The notes beneath the pieces are model-generated. The model was not told the origin of the DNA, did no database searches, and saw only the letters and a list, made by a program, of their open reading frames with translations. A stretch of 64,000 nt of DNA from an uncultured Solirubrobacteraceae bacterium (GTDB lineage: Bacteria; Actinomycetota; Thermoleophilia; Solirubrobacterales; Solirubrobacteraceae): contig CAVSRU010000010.1 in assembly GCA_963730535.1 (NCBI GenBank), positions 6,142 to 70,141 on the forward strand, read 5' to 3'. Shown piece by piece: positions 27,501 to 36,188 of the stretch (its first letter is position 1; every line of letters begins with the position of its first letter). Both the position numbers and the translations under genes were made by a program.

Positions 27501-28992
27501 CGATGCCGTTGTCGAACTTCACCGCGTAGCGGTGCGGCGAGGCCACCTCGTTGGCGTGCCGGAACGTGAGCTCCTGCGGGATGCCGTCCGCGAAGGGAAC
27601 GACCTGGAAGGTCTGGCGGTCGCCCATCCACGGGCTCGGCTGGTGGCTGAGCGAGAACGCCTCGAGCTGCGGCAGGTTGTCCGCGTTGTTGCGGAACTGG
27701 TACTCGTAGAGCCAGCTCAGCGTGTTGGCGTTGGTCACCGGGGTCCAGAAGTTGAACCCGTGCGGGACGGCGGTGGCCGGGATGTTGTTGCCGCGCGAGA
27801 AGCGCGAGCTGGAGTTCGTGCCCCGCCGCGTGTCGACCCAGTCCGACGGCCGCGAGCGGTCCCGCGGCGCGGGGTCGCCGTCGATCGTGATGTCGTCGAC
27901 CCAGCCCTGGAAGTCGGCCGGGCCGTCCGGGTTGTCGTAGGCGACGAGGATGCGGTCGATCGTCTTGCCCGCCGCCACGGCGCCGATGCGTGAGCGCTTG
28001 AAGTTCCACTGGTTCGTGTAGAGGGTCTTCGCTCGACCCTGGCCGGTCGGGCTCAGCTCCTCTCCGTGCTGGTCCTCGGCGCCGAGGTCCGACAGGTAGG
28101 TGCCGTCGGTGAAGGCGAGGTCGACGGCGGCGTAGGTGCTCGGATACGACAGGTCGTCGGTCATGAACCGCGGGTAGATCAGGTACGAGAGCTCGGTCTC
28201 GGGGTTCACCTGGACGTCGACGTCGAAGACCTTGTTGTAGGAGTAGCCGCGCCCCTCGGCGGTGTGCTGCCCGGCGTACTCGAGGGCTCGCAGGCCGGTC
28301 CAGCCGGCGCCCGCCTTGGCGTTGTAGCCGCCGCGCGGGCCGGCTCCGGCGATCGTGCGCATGTCCGACGGCGGCGGGGGAGTGGTGTCGCCGTTGGAGA
28401 GCTCGATCTCGGCCAGCTGCACGATGTTCGTGCCCGAGTTGCGGGTGATGTTCAGGCGGTAGTGGCGGTACGCGGTGGTGTTGGCGAAGTGGTACTCGCG
28501 CTTCTGGAAGCGCTCGGCGAAGACCTGGTCGGTCTGCGTGTCGAGCGTCGTCCACGTCTGGCCGTCGTTGGAGCCCTGGAGCGTCCAGTCGCGGGGGTCG
28601 CGGGGCTGGGCGTCGTTCGCCGACGTCAGCGCGTAGTGGACGACCGCGACCGGCTCGGCGAGCTCGAGCTCGACCCAGGCGGTGGAGGCGAACACCAGCC
28701 ACTTCGTCTCGGCGGAGCCGTCGACGAGGTTCTCCTTGACCTCGCCGCCGCCCGTGTTCTCGCCGCTGGCGCGGACCGCGACGACGCGGTCGGTGACGTT
28801 GCCAGGGATGCCGGAGCGCCGCGGCCCGGAGACGCCGGAGGCGCGCTCGGCCGTGTTCGTCCACGCCGGCTGCGGATCGCCCGGCTCCAGCGACGACGAG
28901 AAGTCCGTGCTCGGCGCGGCCTGCGCGGGCGCGGCGAGCGCGAGCGCGGCAGCCACCGCCAGCGGTCCGAGAATCCGGCTGATCGACTGCAT
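24526..28992 (-). CDS. secreted multidomain glycoside hydrolase family 92 (alpha-mannosidase-like) with discoidin/F5-8 type C and Ig-like domains
   Basis: 1488-aa ORF. Signal peptide ..ALAAPAQAAPS. GH92 signatures GNNIPATAVPHGFNFWTPVT, SHQPSPWMGDRQ and GDEDNGETSAWYLFSALGFYP. Discoidin-like modules at both ends. Confidence 0.9.
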   Translation of the reverse strand: MQSISRILGPLAVAAALALAAPAQAAPSTDFSSSLEPGDPQPAWTNTAERASGVSGPRRSGIPGNVTDRVVAVRASGENTGGGEVKENLVDGSAETKWLVFASTAWVELELAEPVAVVHYALTSANDAQPRDPRDWTLQGSNDGQTWTTLDTQTDQVFAERFQKREYHFANTTAYRHYRLNITRNSGTNIVQLAEIELSNGDTTPPPPSDMRTIAGAGPRGGYNAKAGAGWTGLRALEYAGQHTAEGRGYSYNKVFDVDVQVNPETELSYLIYPRFMTDDLSYPSTYAAVDLAFTDGTYLSDLGAEDQHGEELSPTGQGRAKTLYTNQWNFKRSRIGAVAAGKTIDRILVAYDNPDGPADFQGWVDDITIDGDPAPRDRSRPSDWVDTRRGTNSSSRFSRGNNIPATAVPHGFNFWTPVTNANTLSWLYEYQFRNNADNLPQLEAFSLSHQPSPWMGDRQTFQVVPFADGIPQELTFRHANEVASPHRYAVKFDNGIGTEIAPTDHAALFRFTFPGDSGGLNFRNVGAGDRWDVNISDGVLTGWTETRSGLSNGATRMFIYATFDQPMVDGQRFNARTVNMRIATSLISVDQAKHNLELELSDSDTIESVSARAQQLWDRKLGVIEVEGATEDQLTTLYSNLYRLSLYPNSGHENTGTAASPQWEHAVQSTDSDTPPPSTPERTGAPIRPGKVYVNNGFWDTYRTAWSAYSLFDAGTAGELVDGFVQQYRDGGWISRWSSPGYANLMTGTSSDVSFADAHVKGIKGFDARDAYDAALRNATVAPPEDDPYNTQVGRKGLIESIFLGYTPSRVSEGVSWGLEGAINDFGISNSAAVLADDRTFSSADRRRYREEAEYFRSRSQNYVNMFDPAIRFFQGRASDGTWKSSPEEYDPRVWGHEHDYTETDGWNFAFHVPHDGQGLANLYGGRDRLAAKLDEFFATPETAKFVGSYGGVIHEMTEARDVRMGQWGFSNQVSHHIPYMYDYAGQPSKTQAKVREALRRMYVGSEIGQGYAGDEDNGETSAWYLFSALGFYPLQVGSPNYAVGSPLFKRATVHLANGRDLVVEAPANSRRNVYVQGLRLNGKAWERAYLRHEDLASGGRLEFAMGPAPSKWGSRQPDAPPSITGGNEPPEPLTDLTGGDDAGALFDNTSGTEATGSEAAWEFPAGERVQFYTLTSGKAEGADPGDWVVEGSHDGQSWTVLDSRRGEQFRWRSQTRAFKLSRTDDYSAYRIRFARPAAVAEVELLDYRPVSASPVVVEVGSGAAAGAGESATVPVKVSNYGETAASGEVTMTAPAGFTVTPTSAAYGPLAPGESKTVEFSVTVPAGAAPGSYPLQVSATTGEDEPVSARGSLQVVGDTIAFASGTDEERPWLFDADGSQLNNGGRFADNGTYFTYRFTLPAGVTGGTLTLDMGNQFVVSSSVDNEHWTEHLRETREIRDLSNREKYELQLNDLRGGGRTFYLRIQDSKPTDGWGGWVAGVEVVATR

Positions 28993-29106
28993 GACGCCTC
29001 TCCCCCTGACAACGTTTTCAGCGGGGGCCGTGCGAAGACGACCCCAAGGCTACGTCCGGTACCCCGCCCGCCCGACGTCCCAAACCTCGGATATGGTCGC
29101 GCCGCG

Positions 29107-29655
29107 ATGGCGAAGAACCTCGTGCTCCTCGGGCCGCCCGGCGCCGGCAAGGGGACCCAAGCCGCACGCCTGAGCGAGGACCTCGGTCTCTTCCACCTCT
29201 CGACGGGCGACCAGCTGCGCGAAGAGCGCGAGGCGGACACCGAGCTCGGGCGGCGCGCCGGCGCGTTCATCGAGCTCGGCGAGCTCGTCCCCGACGAGAT
29301 CGTCGTCGCGATGCTGCTCGGGCGGCTCGACGCCGAGCGCGTGGACGGGTTCCTGCTCGACGGCTTCCCGCGCACCGTCACCCAGGCCGAGGCGCTTCAG
29401 GAGGGTCTCGCCGCTCGCGGGAAGGAGCTCGACCAGGCGATCCTGCTCGACGTGCCCGACGAGGAGGTCGTCCGGCGGCTCGCGAGCCGCGGGCGGCAGG
29501 ACGACGCCCCGGACGTCGTCCGCGAGCGCATGCGCGTCTACCACGAGGCCACCGAGCCGCTCGTCGGCTTCTACGACGACCGCGGGCTGCTCACGCGGGT
29601 CGACGGCACGGGCGATCCGGACGCCATCTACGCGCGCGTGCGCGAGTCCGTCTAG
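29107..29655 (+). CDS. adk: adenylate kinase (short type)
   Basis: ATG 29107 within a read-through ORF. P-loop GPPGAGKGTQ, ..LLDGFPRT..; 182 aa with no long LID insertion. Confidence 0.9.
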   Translation: MAKNLVLLGPPGAGKGTQAARLSEDLGLFHLSTGDQLREEREADTELGRRAGAFIELGELVPDEIVVAMLLGRLDAERVDGFLLDGFPRTVTQAEALQEGLAARGKELDQAILLDVPDEEVVRRLASRGRQDDAPDVVRERMRVYHEATEPLVGFYDDRGLLTRVDGTGDPDAIYARVRESV

Positions 29656-29734
29656 CGCCGCCCCGGTAGGAGGGCGGAGGCGAGCAGCGCGCAGCCGGAG
29701 GCGATCGCGCCCTAGCGCTCCGGCGCGGCCGCGA

Positions 29735-30928
29735 TCAAGTGCCGCTGGTCACGACTGCCGAGGCGGCGAGGGGCAGCGTCGCCTGCACCGTCGTGCCGCT
29801 TCCCGGCGCGCTGGAGACGACGAGCTCGCCGCCGGCCGAGCGAACACGCTGCTCGCTCGACGCCAGGCCGATGTGGCCCTCGAGCAGCGCGGCCGCGCGC
29901 CGGGAGGGGTCGAAGCCGCGGCCGTCGTCGCGCACCTCCAGCTCGACCCGCTCCGAGTCGGCCGCGACGGTCACGCCGACGTGCGCGGCGCCGCTGTGCT
30001 TGACGGCGTTCGAGAGCAGCTCGCGGGCGAGGAAGACGATCAGCTCGTCGTGCCGCCCGCCGGCGTCCGGGTCGACCGCGACGCTGATCTCGGCGCCCAG
30101 CCGACCGGCGCTCCGGTCGGCGAGCGCGCTGAGCGCCGCCGGCAGCCCGGCGTGGTCCAGGACATACGGGTGGAGCTCGAAGATCTCGCCGCGAAGCTGC
30201 GCCATCGTCTCGTCGATCGCGCTGCGCGCACGCTCGAAGGACGCGTCGCGGCCCGTCCGGTGGTAGTCGACCAGCTCCTGCCGCGCGACGGAGAGCGTCT
30301 GCACCGACGCGTCGTGCAGCAACTCGGCCAGGCGGCGCCGCTCGCGCTGCTCGGCGGTCAGCGCGTGCGTCGCGAGCTGGCCGCGCTGCTCCGCGAGGCG
30401 GGCGATCGCCGCGTCGCGCTGGCTGAGAACCTGCGAGACGAGCGTGGCCGCCAGGCCGACCAGCGCGAGATAGGCGACCTGGCTCGTCACGCGCGCCGTC
30501 GCCTGGACCTCGCCGGCGGCAGGGTGCACCAGCGACAGCAGGATGAAGGCGACGATCGCGCCCGCCGACCAGCCGGCCGTGAGCGCCGGGCGAAGGCGCG
30601 CCGCGGCCAGGACGGGCAGCACGAAGAACGCCATCGCGGTCTCCGAGAACGGGCCGCCGGAGGCGTACGTCAGCGCGACGATCGCCGCCAGGTCGATGAA
30701 CGGCTCGGCACGGTCGAGCGCGCCCGGGATCCGCGGCCCGCGCCGGGTGGCCGTCAGGCGGGCCGCGAGCATGGCCGCCGCCCACAGCGCGAAGGCGGCG
30801 AGCAGGTAGGGGAAGGCGGTGGTGTGGGCGCTCGGATGGTCGACGAGCTGCTCGCCCAGCAGCACGACCGGCACGAGCGCCGCCCGCAACGCCGCTACTC
30901 CCAGGCGGCCGACCCGCGGCGCGGTCAC
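29735..30928 (-). CDS. membrane sensor histidine kinase (HisKA_3 / NarL-partner type)
   Basis: 397-aa ORF. About 5 N-terminal TM segments, H-box ELLHDASVQTLS, ATPase boxes LLSNAVKHS and DDGRGFD. 4-nt overlap with the upstream regulator gene. Confidence 0.85.
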   Translation of the reverse strand: MTAPRVGRLGVAALRAALVPVVLLGEQLVDHPSAHTTAFPYLLAAFALWAAAMLAARLTATRRGPRIPGALDRAEPFIDLAAIVALTYASGGPFSETAMAFFVLPVLAAARLRPALTAGWSAGAIVAFILLSLVHPAAGEVQATARVTSQVAYLALVGLAATLVSQVLSQRDAAIARLAEQRGQLATHALTAEQRERRRLAELLHDASVQTLSVARQELVDYHRTGRDASFERARSAIDETMAQLRGEIFELHPYVLDHAGLPAALSALADRSAGRLGAEISVAVDPDAGGRHDELIVFLARELLSNAVKHSGAAHVGVTVAADSERVELEVRDDGRGFDPSRRAAALLEGHIGLASSEQRVRSAGGELVVSSAPGSGTTVQATLPLAASAVVTSGT

Positions 30929-31554
30929 TCGAGCAACCCGCGCCGCATGGCCTCCGCGACGGCGGCGGCGCGCTCGGACACGCCGAGCTTCTCGTAGAGC
31001 CGAGCCTGGTGCGTCTTCACGGTCGGCAGCGCGACGATCAGGCGGTCGGCGATCTGCGGCCCGGACAGTCCTTCCGCCATCAGCGCCAGCACCTCCCGCT
31101 CCCGGGCCGTCAGGATCGGGCGATCCTCGCCGGTGCCGCGCGCCCGGATCTGCTCGAAGACGCCGGCCTGGAGCTCGGGGTCGATCACCGTGCGCCCGCG
31201 CGAGACGGCCATGATCGCGTCGAGGATCGCCTGCCGGTCGGCCTCCTTGCGGAAGTAGCCGGCGGCGCCGCCCTGGACGGCCCGGTACACGAGCTCGGGG
31301 TCCCCGGACGCGGACAGGAACAACACGCGCGTCGGCACACCGTCGCGGGTGAGCGCGTTGAGGATCTGCAGCCCGTCGAGGCTCGGGAGCCTGAGGTCGA
31401 GCACGGCCACCAAGGGCTCCTGCTCGCGGATCACCCGCAGCGCCTCGCGGCCGTCCTCCGTCGAGCCGACGAGCTCGAGCTCCGGACGCTCGCGGACCGC
31501 CCGCTCGATGCCCTCGCGGAACAGCGGGTGGTCGTCGGCGACGACGACCCTCAC
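30925..31554 (-). CDS. NarL/LuxR family response regulator
   Basis: GTG 31554 gives VRVVVADDHPLF..; alternative ATG at 31650. Receiver D in AVLDLRLPSLDG. C-terminal LuxR HTH (..TAREREVLALMAEGLSGPQIA..). Confidence 0.85.
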   Translation of the reverse strand: MRVVVADDHPLFREGIERAVRERPELELVGSTEDGREALRVIREQEPLVAVLDLRLPSLDGLQILNALTRDGVPTRVLFLSASGDPELVYRAVQGGAAGYFRKEADRQAILDAIMAVSRGRTVIDPELQAGVFEQIRARGTGEDRPILTAREREVLALMAEGLSGPQIADRLIVALPTVKTHQARLYEKLGVSERAAAVAEAMRRGLLE

Positions 31555-31852
31555 GCGCGCGGGGGGCTGGCCGGGATGGTCGCGCGCGCGGGAGGCATGG
31601 AGGGTGATCGCCACGCCGTCAGCATCGGGGCCGGCCCGCACGTGCGTCATCGTCCGATCGCCCCCCCGATCGGACGATCTGCGGTTCATCCACCGGTCCG
31701 TGCCACCGCACGACGGTGCATGCGGCCGGTCGCGGCGACGATCTGCTCTCCCCCTGCGCCGCTCCTCACCCTGGCGCGCGGGAACCGGTCCGGGGCCCAC
31801 TCTCCCCCCCGCGGGCCCCGGGCCGGTCGAAAGTGCGAAAGAGGTGATCCGC

Positions 31853-33505
31853 ATGAACGTGCTCACGCGCGCACCGAAGGTCGAACCCCCCACTCGGCCG
31901 CAGCCCGGGAGGCCCGGGCTTCGTCGCGAGATCGGGTTCATCGGGCTGCTGTGGGCGTCCGGCGGCTCGATCATCGGCTCGGGGTGGCTGTTCGGCGCGC
32001 AAGGCGCGCTCGCCACCGCGGGTCCGGCCGCGATCATCTCCTGGGTCATCGGCGCGGTCGCGATCCTGATGCTCGCGCTCGTGCACGCCGAGCTCGGCGC
32101 GATGTTCCCGGTCGCCGGCGGGTCGGGGCGGTTCCCGCACTACGCGTTCGGAGGCGCCGTCGGCGCGTCGTTCGGGTGGTTCGCGTGGCTCCAGGCGGCC
32201 ACCGTGGCGCCGATCGAGGTGATGGCCGTCATCCAGTACGGCCAGCACTACTCGTTCGCCAGCAGCTGGATGAAGGTGAGCGGGGGACAGAACGTCCTGA
32301 CCGCGACGGGCATCGTCGCGGCGATCGTGCTGATGGCCGTCTTCACCGCGATCAACTTCCTCAGCGTCCGTAAGCTCGCCCACACCAACAGCACCGCGAC
32401 GTGGTGGAAGGTCGCGGTGCCGGTGCTGACCATCATCGTGTTGGCGGTCGTCGCGTTCCATCCCGGCAACTTCAGCGCGGCCGATGGGTTCGCGCCGACG
32501 GGCGCGGCCGGCGTCCTGGCCGCGGTCTCGACGAGCGGCATCATCTTCGCCCTCCTCGGGTTCGAGCAGGCCGACCAGCTCGCCGGCGAGAGCGCCAACC
32601 CCAAGCGCGACATCCCGCGGGCGGTGATCGGCGGCATCGCGATCGGCGCGGTGATCTACATCCTGCTCCAGATCGTCTTCCTGGCCGCACTGCCGCCCTC
32701 GCAGATCGGCTCCACGTGGGGCGCCTCGCCGTTCACGACCTTCAGCGGCCCGTTCGCGCAGCTCGCCACGCTTGTCGGCCTCGGCTGGCTGGCCACGATC
32801 CTCTACGTCGACGCCGTGATCTCGCCGGGCGGGACCGGGCTGATCTACACCACGGCCGCTTCGCGCGTGTCCTACGGCCTCAGCCGCAACGGCTACGTGC
32901 CGACGATCTACGAGCGCACTAACCGGCAAGGGATCCCGTGGTTCGGCCTCGTCACCGCCTTCGTGGTCGGATGCATCTGCTTCCTGCCGTTCCCGAGCTG
33001 GAGGTCGCTCGTCGGCCTGATCACGAGCGCGAGCGTGCTCATGTACGCCGGCGCGCCGCTGGCCCTGGGGGTCTTCCGTTCTCGCCTGCCGGAGGCCGAG
33101 CGGCCGTACCGGGCGCCTGCCGCACGGGTGCTTGCACCGGCGTCGTTCGCCGTCGCGAACCTGCTGATCCTGTGGTCGGGCTGGACGACCGACTGGAAGC
33201 TCGGCGTCGCGATCCTGATCGGCTACGTGATCCTCGCGGCGAACCAGGCGCTAAAGCTCAATCCGACGAAGCCGCAGTTCGAAGTCCGCTCCGCTCTGTG
33301 GCTGCCGGTCTACCTCGTCGGCATGGGCCTGATCGTGTACCTGAGCGACTTCGGGCCGACCGCGCACCCGTGGTTCCCGCTCTGGTGGGACATGGTGGCC
33401 GTCGCCGCCTTCAGCCTCGGGATCTACTTCTCGGCGCTGCGCCTCGCCCTGCCGGTCGACAAGATCGAGCGGCTGATCGACCGCGGCCAGGTCGCCCCGA
33501 CGTGA
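31853..33505 (+). CDS. APC superfamily amino-acid permease
   Basis: ATG 31853 preceded by GAAAGAGG. 550 aa, about 12-14 TM segments. N-terminal ..IGLLWASGGSIIGSGWLFG.. is typical of APC permeases. Confidence 0.85.
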   Translation: MNVLTRAPKVEPPTRPQPGRPGLRREIGFIGLLWASGGSIIGSGWLFGAQGALATAGPAAIISWVIGAVAILMLALVHAELGAMFPVAGGSGRFPHYAFGGAVGASFGWFAWLQAATVAPIEVMAVIQYGQHYSFASSWMKVSGGQNVLTATGIVAAIVLMAVFTAINFLSVRKLAHTNSTATWWKVAVPVLTIIVLAVVAFHPGNFSAADGFAPTGAAGVLAAVSTSGIIFALLGFEQADQLAGESANPKRDIPRAVIGGIAIGAVIYILLQIVFLAALPPSQIGSTWGASPFTTFSGPFAQLATLVGLGWLATILYVDAVISPGGTGLIYTTAASRVSYGLSRNGYVPTIYERTNRQGIPWFGLVTAFVVGCICFLPFPSWRSLVGLITSASVLMYAGAPLALGVFRSRLPEAERPYRAPAARVLAPASFAVANLLILWSGWTTDWKLGVAILIGYVILAANQALKLNPTKPQFEVRSALWLPVYLVGMGLIVYLSDFGPTAHPWFPLWWDMVAVAAFSLGIYFSALRLALPVDKIERLIDRGQVAPT

Positions 33506-34119
33506 GCGGTGCCCTGCGCGTCGTGGTGGCCGACGACCACCCGCTCTTTCGCTCCGGGATCGTCCGCGCGCTGGAGGGCGATCCGCGGTTCGCCGTCGTG
33601 GGCGAGGCCGCGGACGGCCTCAGCGCGGAGCAGGCGATCCGCGAGTTCAGCCCGGACGTCGCGCTGCTCGACCTGCGCATGCCGGGCATGGACGCCCTCC
33701 AGCTCCTGGCCCGCCTCCGGCACCGCGAGCCCCCGGTGGCCGTCGCGGTCCTCAGTGCCTACACCGACACGAGCCTCGTGCACAGCGCGATGGCGGCCGG
33801 TGCCGCTGCCTACATCGCCAAGCAGTGCGACCGCGAAGAGATCCTCGACGTGCTCTTCGACGCCGCATTCGGGCGCCGGCGCGTCCAGGTGGGCGAGCGG
33901 CCCGGTGACGAGGACCTCCCGCGCCCGCGCCTCTCGTCACGCGAGCGCAGCACGCTGATCATGCTCAACCATGGCTGGGAGCCGCTGGAGATCGCGCTGC
34001 TGGCCGGGATGACGGTGGAGATCGTCGAGGCGCACGTGGCCAACGCGCGCCGCAAGCTCGGCGCCGCGACGACCGCCGACGCGATCGCCGCCGCCGCGGC
34101 CTGGGGCCTGCTCGACTAG
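33502..34119 (+). CDS. NarL/LuxR family response regulator (no cognate kinase adjacent)
   Basis: GTG 33502 overlaps the permease stop codon (GTGA). LRVVVADDHPLF.., receiver D in ALLDLRMPGMD. LuxR-type HTH at the C-terminus. Confidence 0.8.
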   Translation: MSGALRVVVADDHPLFRSGIVRALEGDPRFAVVGEAADGLSAEQAIREFSPDVALLDLRMPGMDALQLLARLRHREPPVAVAVLSAYTDTSLVHSAMAAGAAAYIAKQCDREEILDVLFDAAFGRRRVQVGERPGDEDLPRPRLSSRERSTLIMLNHGWEPLEIALLAGMTVEIVEAHVANARRKLGAATTADAIAAAAAWGLLD

Positions 34120-35252
34120 TCGAACTCCTCCTCGTACCCCTGGCCGGTCCTCGGCTTGGAGCCGAAGCCGCGCTGGAGGCCGCCGGTGCTGACGCCCGGC
34201 GGCGGGCCGCCGGGCTGCGGGTCGCCGGCGCGGCCGCGGTGGGTCGGGCGGTCGCGGTCGCGGGAGGGCTGGACGCGCTTGGGCTCGTCCTTCTGCTTGG
34301 GGAAGTGCGGCGGCCAGGGCGCGTCGCCGAGGCCCTCCTCCTCGTCGCGGCGGGCGAGCTCGTGCAGGGCGTCGAGCGAGCCAGGACGCTCGTCGATGTC
34401 GGCGGCCGGATCGCCGATCGTGCGCAGGCGCTCGCGCATCGTGTCGAGCCGCAGGTCGCCGGGCTCGACGGCCGGCACCTCGTCCCACTCGAGCGGTGCC
34501 GACACCCGCGCGTCGGGCGTCGGGCGGACGGAGTAGGCCGAGGCGACCGTGCGGTCGCGCGCGTTCTGGTTGTAGTCGACGAACACGCCGTGGCGCTCTT
34601 CCTTCCACCACCTGCTCGTCGCCAGGTCGGGGGCGCGGCGCTCGACCTCGCGGGCCAGGGCCAGGGCGGCGCGCCGCACCTCGAGGAAGCTCCAGCGCGG
34701 CTCGATGCGCACGTTGACGTGCATGCCCTTCGACCCCGAGGTCTTCGGGTAGCCGCGCAGGCCGTGATCGGAGAGCACGTCGCGCACGACCATCGCGGTC
34801 CGGCGCACCTCGTCCCACCCGATGCCCGGCGTGGGGTCGAGGTCGACGCGCAGCTCGTCGGGATGGTCGAGGTCCGCGCGGCGCGCCGGCCACGGGTTGA
34901 AGTCGATGACGCCGAGGTTGACCGCCCACGCCAGGTGCGCGGCGTCGTTGGCCACCAGCTCCTCCGCGGTGCGGCCCGACGGGAACGCCACCGTCGCCGT
35001 CTGGAGCCACTCGGGGATGGTCTTCGGCACGCGCTTCTGCCAGATCGGCTCCTCGCGGATCCCGTTGACGAAGCGCTTCATCACCGTCGGCCGCTCGCGC
35101 AGGTGCACGAGCGCCGGGTCCGCCATGTCGAGGTAGTACTGGACGAGGTCGAGCTTCGTCCAACCCGGCTTGGGAAAGTAGACCTTCGCCGGGTTGGAGA
35201 GCCGTACCTCCCGGCCCGCCGCCTCGATCGTGGTGTACTCGCTCTTGGCCAC
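34116..35252 (-). CDS. stand-alone LigD-type polymerase/primase (AEP) domain protein
   Basis: 378-aa ORF. ..KVYFPK..TKLDLVQYY.., KTSGSKGMHVNV and ..VFVDYNQN.. are typical of NHEJ PolDom. The last ~70 aa form a Pro/Gly/basic low-complexity tail. Confidence 0.85.
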   Translation of the reverse strand: MAKSEYTTIEAAGREVRLSNPAKVYFPKPGWTKLDLVQYYLDMADPALVHLRERPTVMKRFVNGIREEPIWQKRVPKTIPEWLQTATVAFPSGRTAEELVANDAAHLAWAVNLGVIDFNPWPARRADLDHPDELRVDLDPTPGIGWDEVRRTAMVVRDVLSDHGLRGYPKTSGSKGMHVNVRIEPRWSFLEVRRAALALAREVERRAPDLATSRWWKEERHGVFVDYNQNARDRTVASAYSVRPTPDARVSAPLEWDEVPAVEPGDLRLDTMRERLRTIGDPAADIDERPGSLDALHELARRDEEEGLGDAPWPPHFPKQKDEPKRVQPSRDRDRPTHRGRAGDPQPGGPPPGVSTGGLQRGFGSKPRTGQGYEEEFD

Positions 35253-35273
35253 CCAGAAGGAGACTAACCGCGC

Positions 35274-35987
35274 CTACGCGCTGAGCGCGGCCCGCGCCCG
35301 GGCCACGACAGCCTCGCGGGCGGCCTTGCTCACCGGGCGACGGGCGGCGGCCTCGATCACCGGTGCCGGGTCGTCGAGCCGGACGCGCGCCCACCGGGCT
35401 GCTTCGCCCTTCGAGTACCAGACGCCGTCGGCGGCCCACGCCCACGCGCGGCAAGCCGCCAGCACGAGCTGCGCGCCGGTCGGGTCGTCGGCGGCGAAGA
35501 AACCCAGCGCGTCGCGCAGCGACGCGGCGATGAGCGGCCGCGGCAGCGGCGGCACCACGTCGGCGGCCTCCGGCCCGGCGAGCGCCCGCGCGTGCGCGCG
35601 CCCGATCGAGAGGTCGATCACGAACCAGAAGCGCGGGTCCTTGTCGGGATCGAGGCTGACGTGGCGGTCCATGCGCGGCCCGGTGTTGAGGTTGAGCTGG
35701 TAGGCGGCCGCCGCGAGGTCCTCGCGCGCGTAGAGCACGAACTCGAGCCCGCGGGCCGGTACGGGGAGCGCCTCGTGCTCAAGCGCGGCCACGATCGCCT
35801 CGCGCTCGGCGAGCGGCAGCCGCTCGGAGGTCACGGCCTGCACGTCGAGGTCGCTGCGGCCGGGGTCGAAGTCGCCGAGCGCGGCCGAGCCCATCAGCCA
35901 GACGCCGACGAGCCGGTCACCGGCGACGCGGCGCAGCCGCGCGACGAGCTCCTCCAGGTACGCGGTTGGTAGGTCGGCGAACGTCAA
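35274..35987 (-). CDS. nucleotidyltransferase-domain protein (aminoglycoside adenylyltransferase-like)
   Basis: MGSAALGDFDPGRSDLDV nucleotidyltransferase motif. The only in-frame starts are a TTG inside the element terminal repeat (35987) or an ATG at 36071 inside the element core. Confidence 0.65.
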   Translation of the reverse strand: MTFADLPTAYLEELVARLRRVAGDRLVGVWLMGSAALGDFDPGRSDLDVQAVTSERLPLAEREAIVAALEHEALPVPARGLEFVLYAREDLAAAAYQLNLNTGPRMDRHVSLDPDKDPRFWFVIDLSIGRAHARALAGPEAADVVPPLPRPLIAASLRDALGFFAADDPTGAQLVLAACRAWAWAADGVWYSKGEAARWARVRLDDPAPVIEAAARRPVSKAAREAVVARARAALSA

Positions 35988-36188
35988 CGGCGGCTGGGTA
36001 GGGAGGCTGGGGGGCCGGCGTGGCCGGCGATGGCCCGAACTACGCCGAGTTAGCCGCGGAAACCGGGGCAAACTCGACGACAGTTCGCCGAACTATCCCC
36101 GATTAGCGTCGGTTTCCGGGGGTAATCCGCGATAGTTCGCGCGCGGCGGCTGGCTCCCTCGCCTCCCTACCCAGCCGCAGTTGACGTT
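35980..36188. mobile_element. MITE-like nested-palindromic element, copy 3 (subfamily B core)
   Basis: AACGTCAACGGCGGCTGGGTAGGGAGGC at the left; its reverse complement at the right (GCCTCCCTACCCAGCCGCAGTTGACGTT) with 1 mismatch. The core is unrelated to copies 1 and 2 but also built of nested inverted repeats (e.g. CGAACTATC..GATAGTTCG, CGGAAACCG..CGGTTTCCG). Confidence 0.7.
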
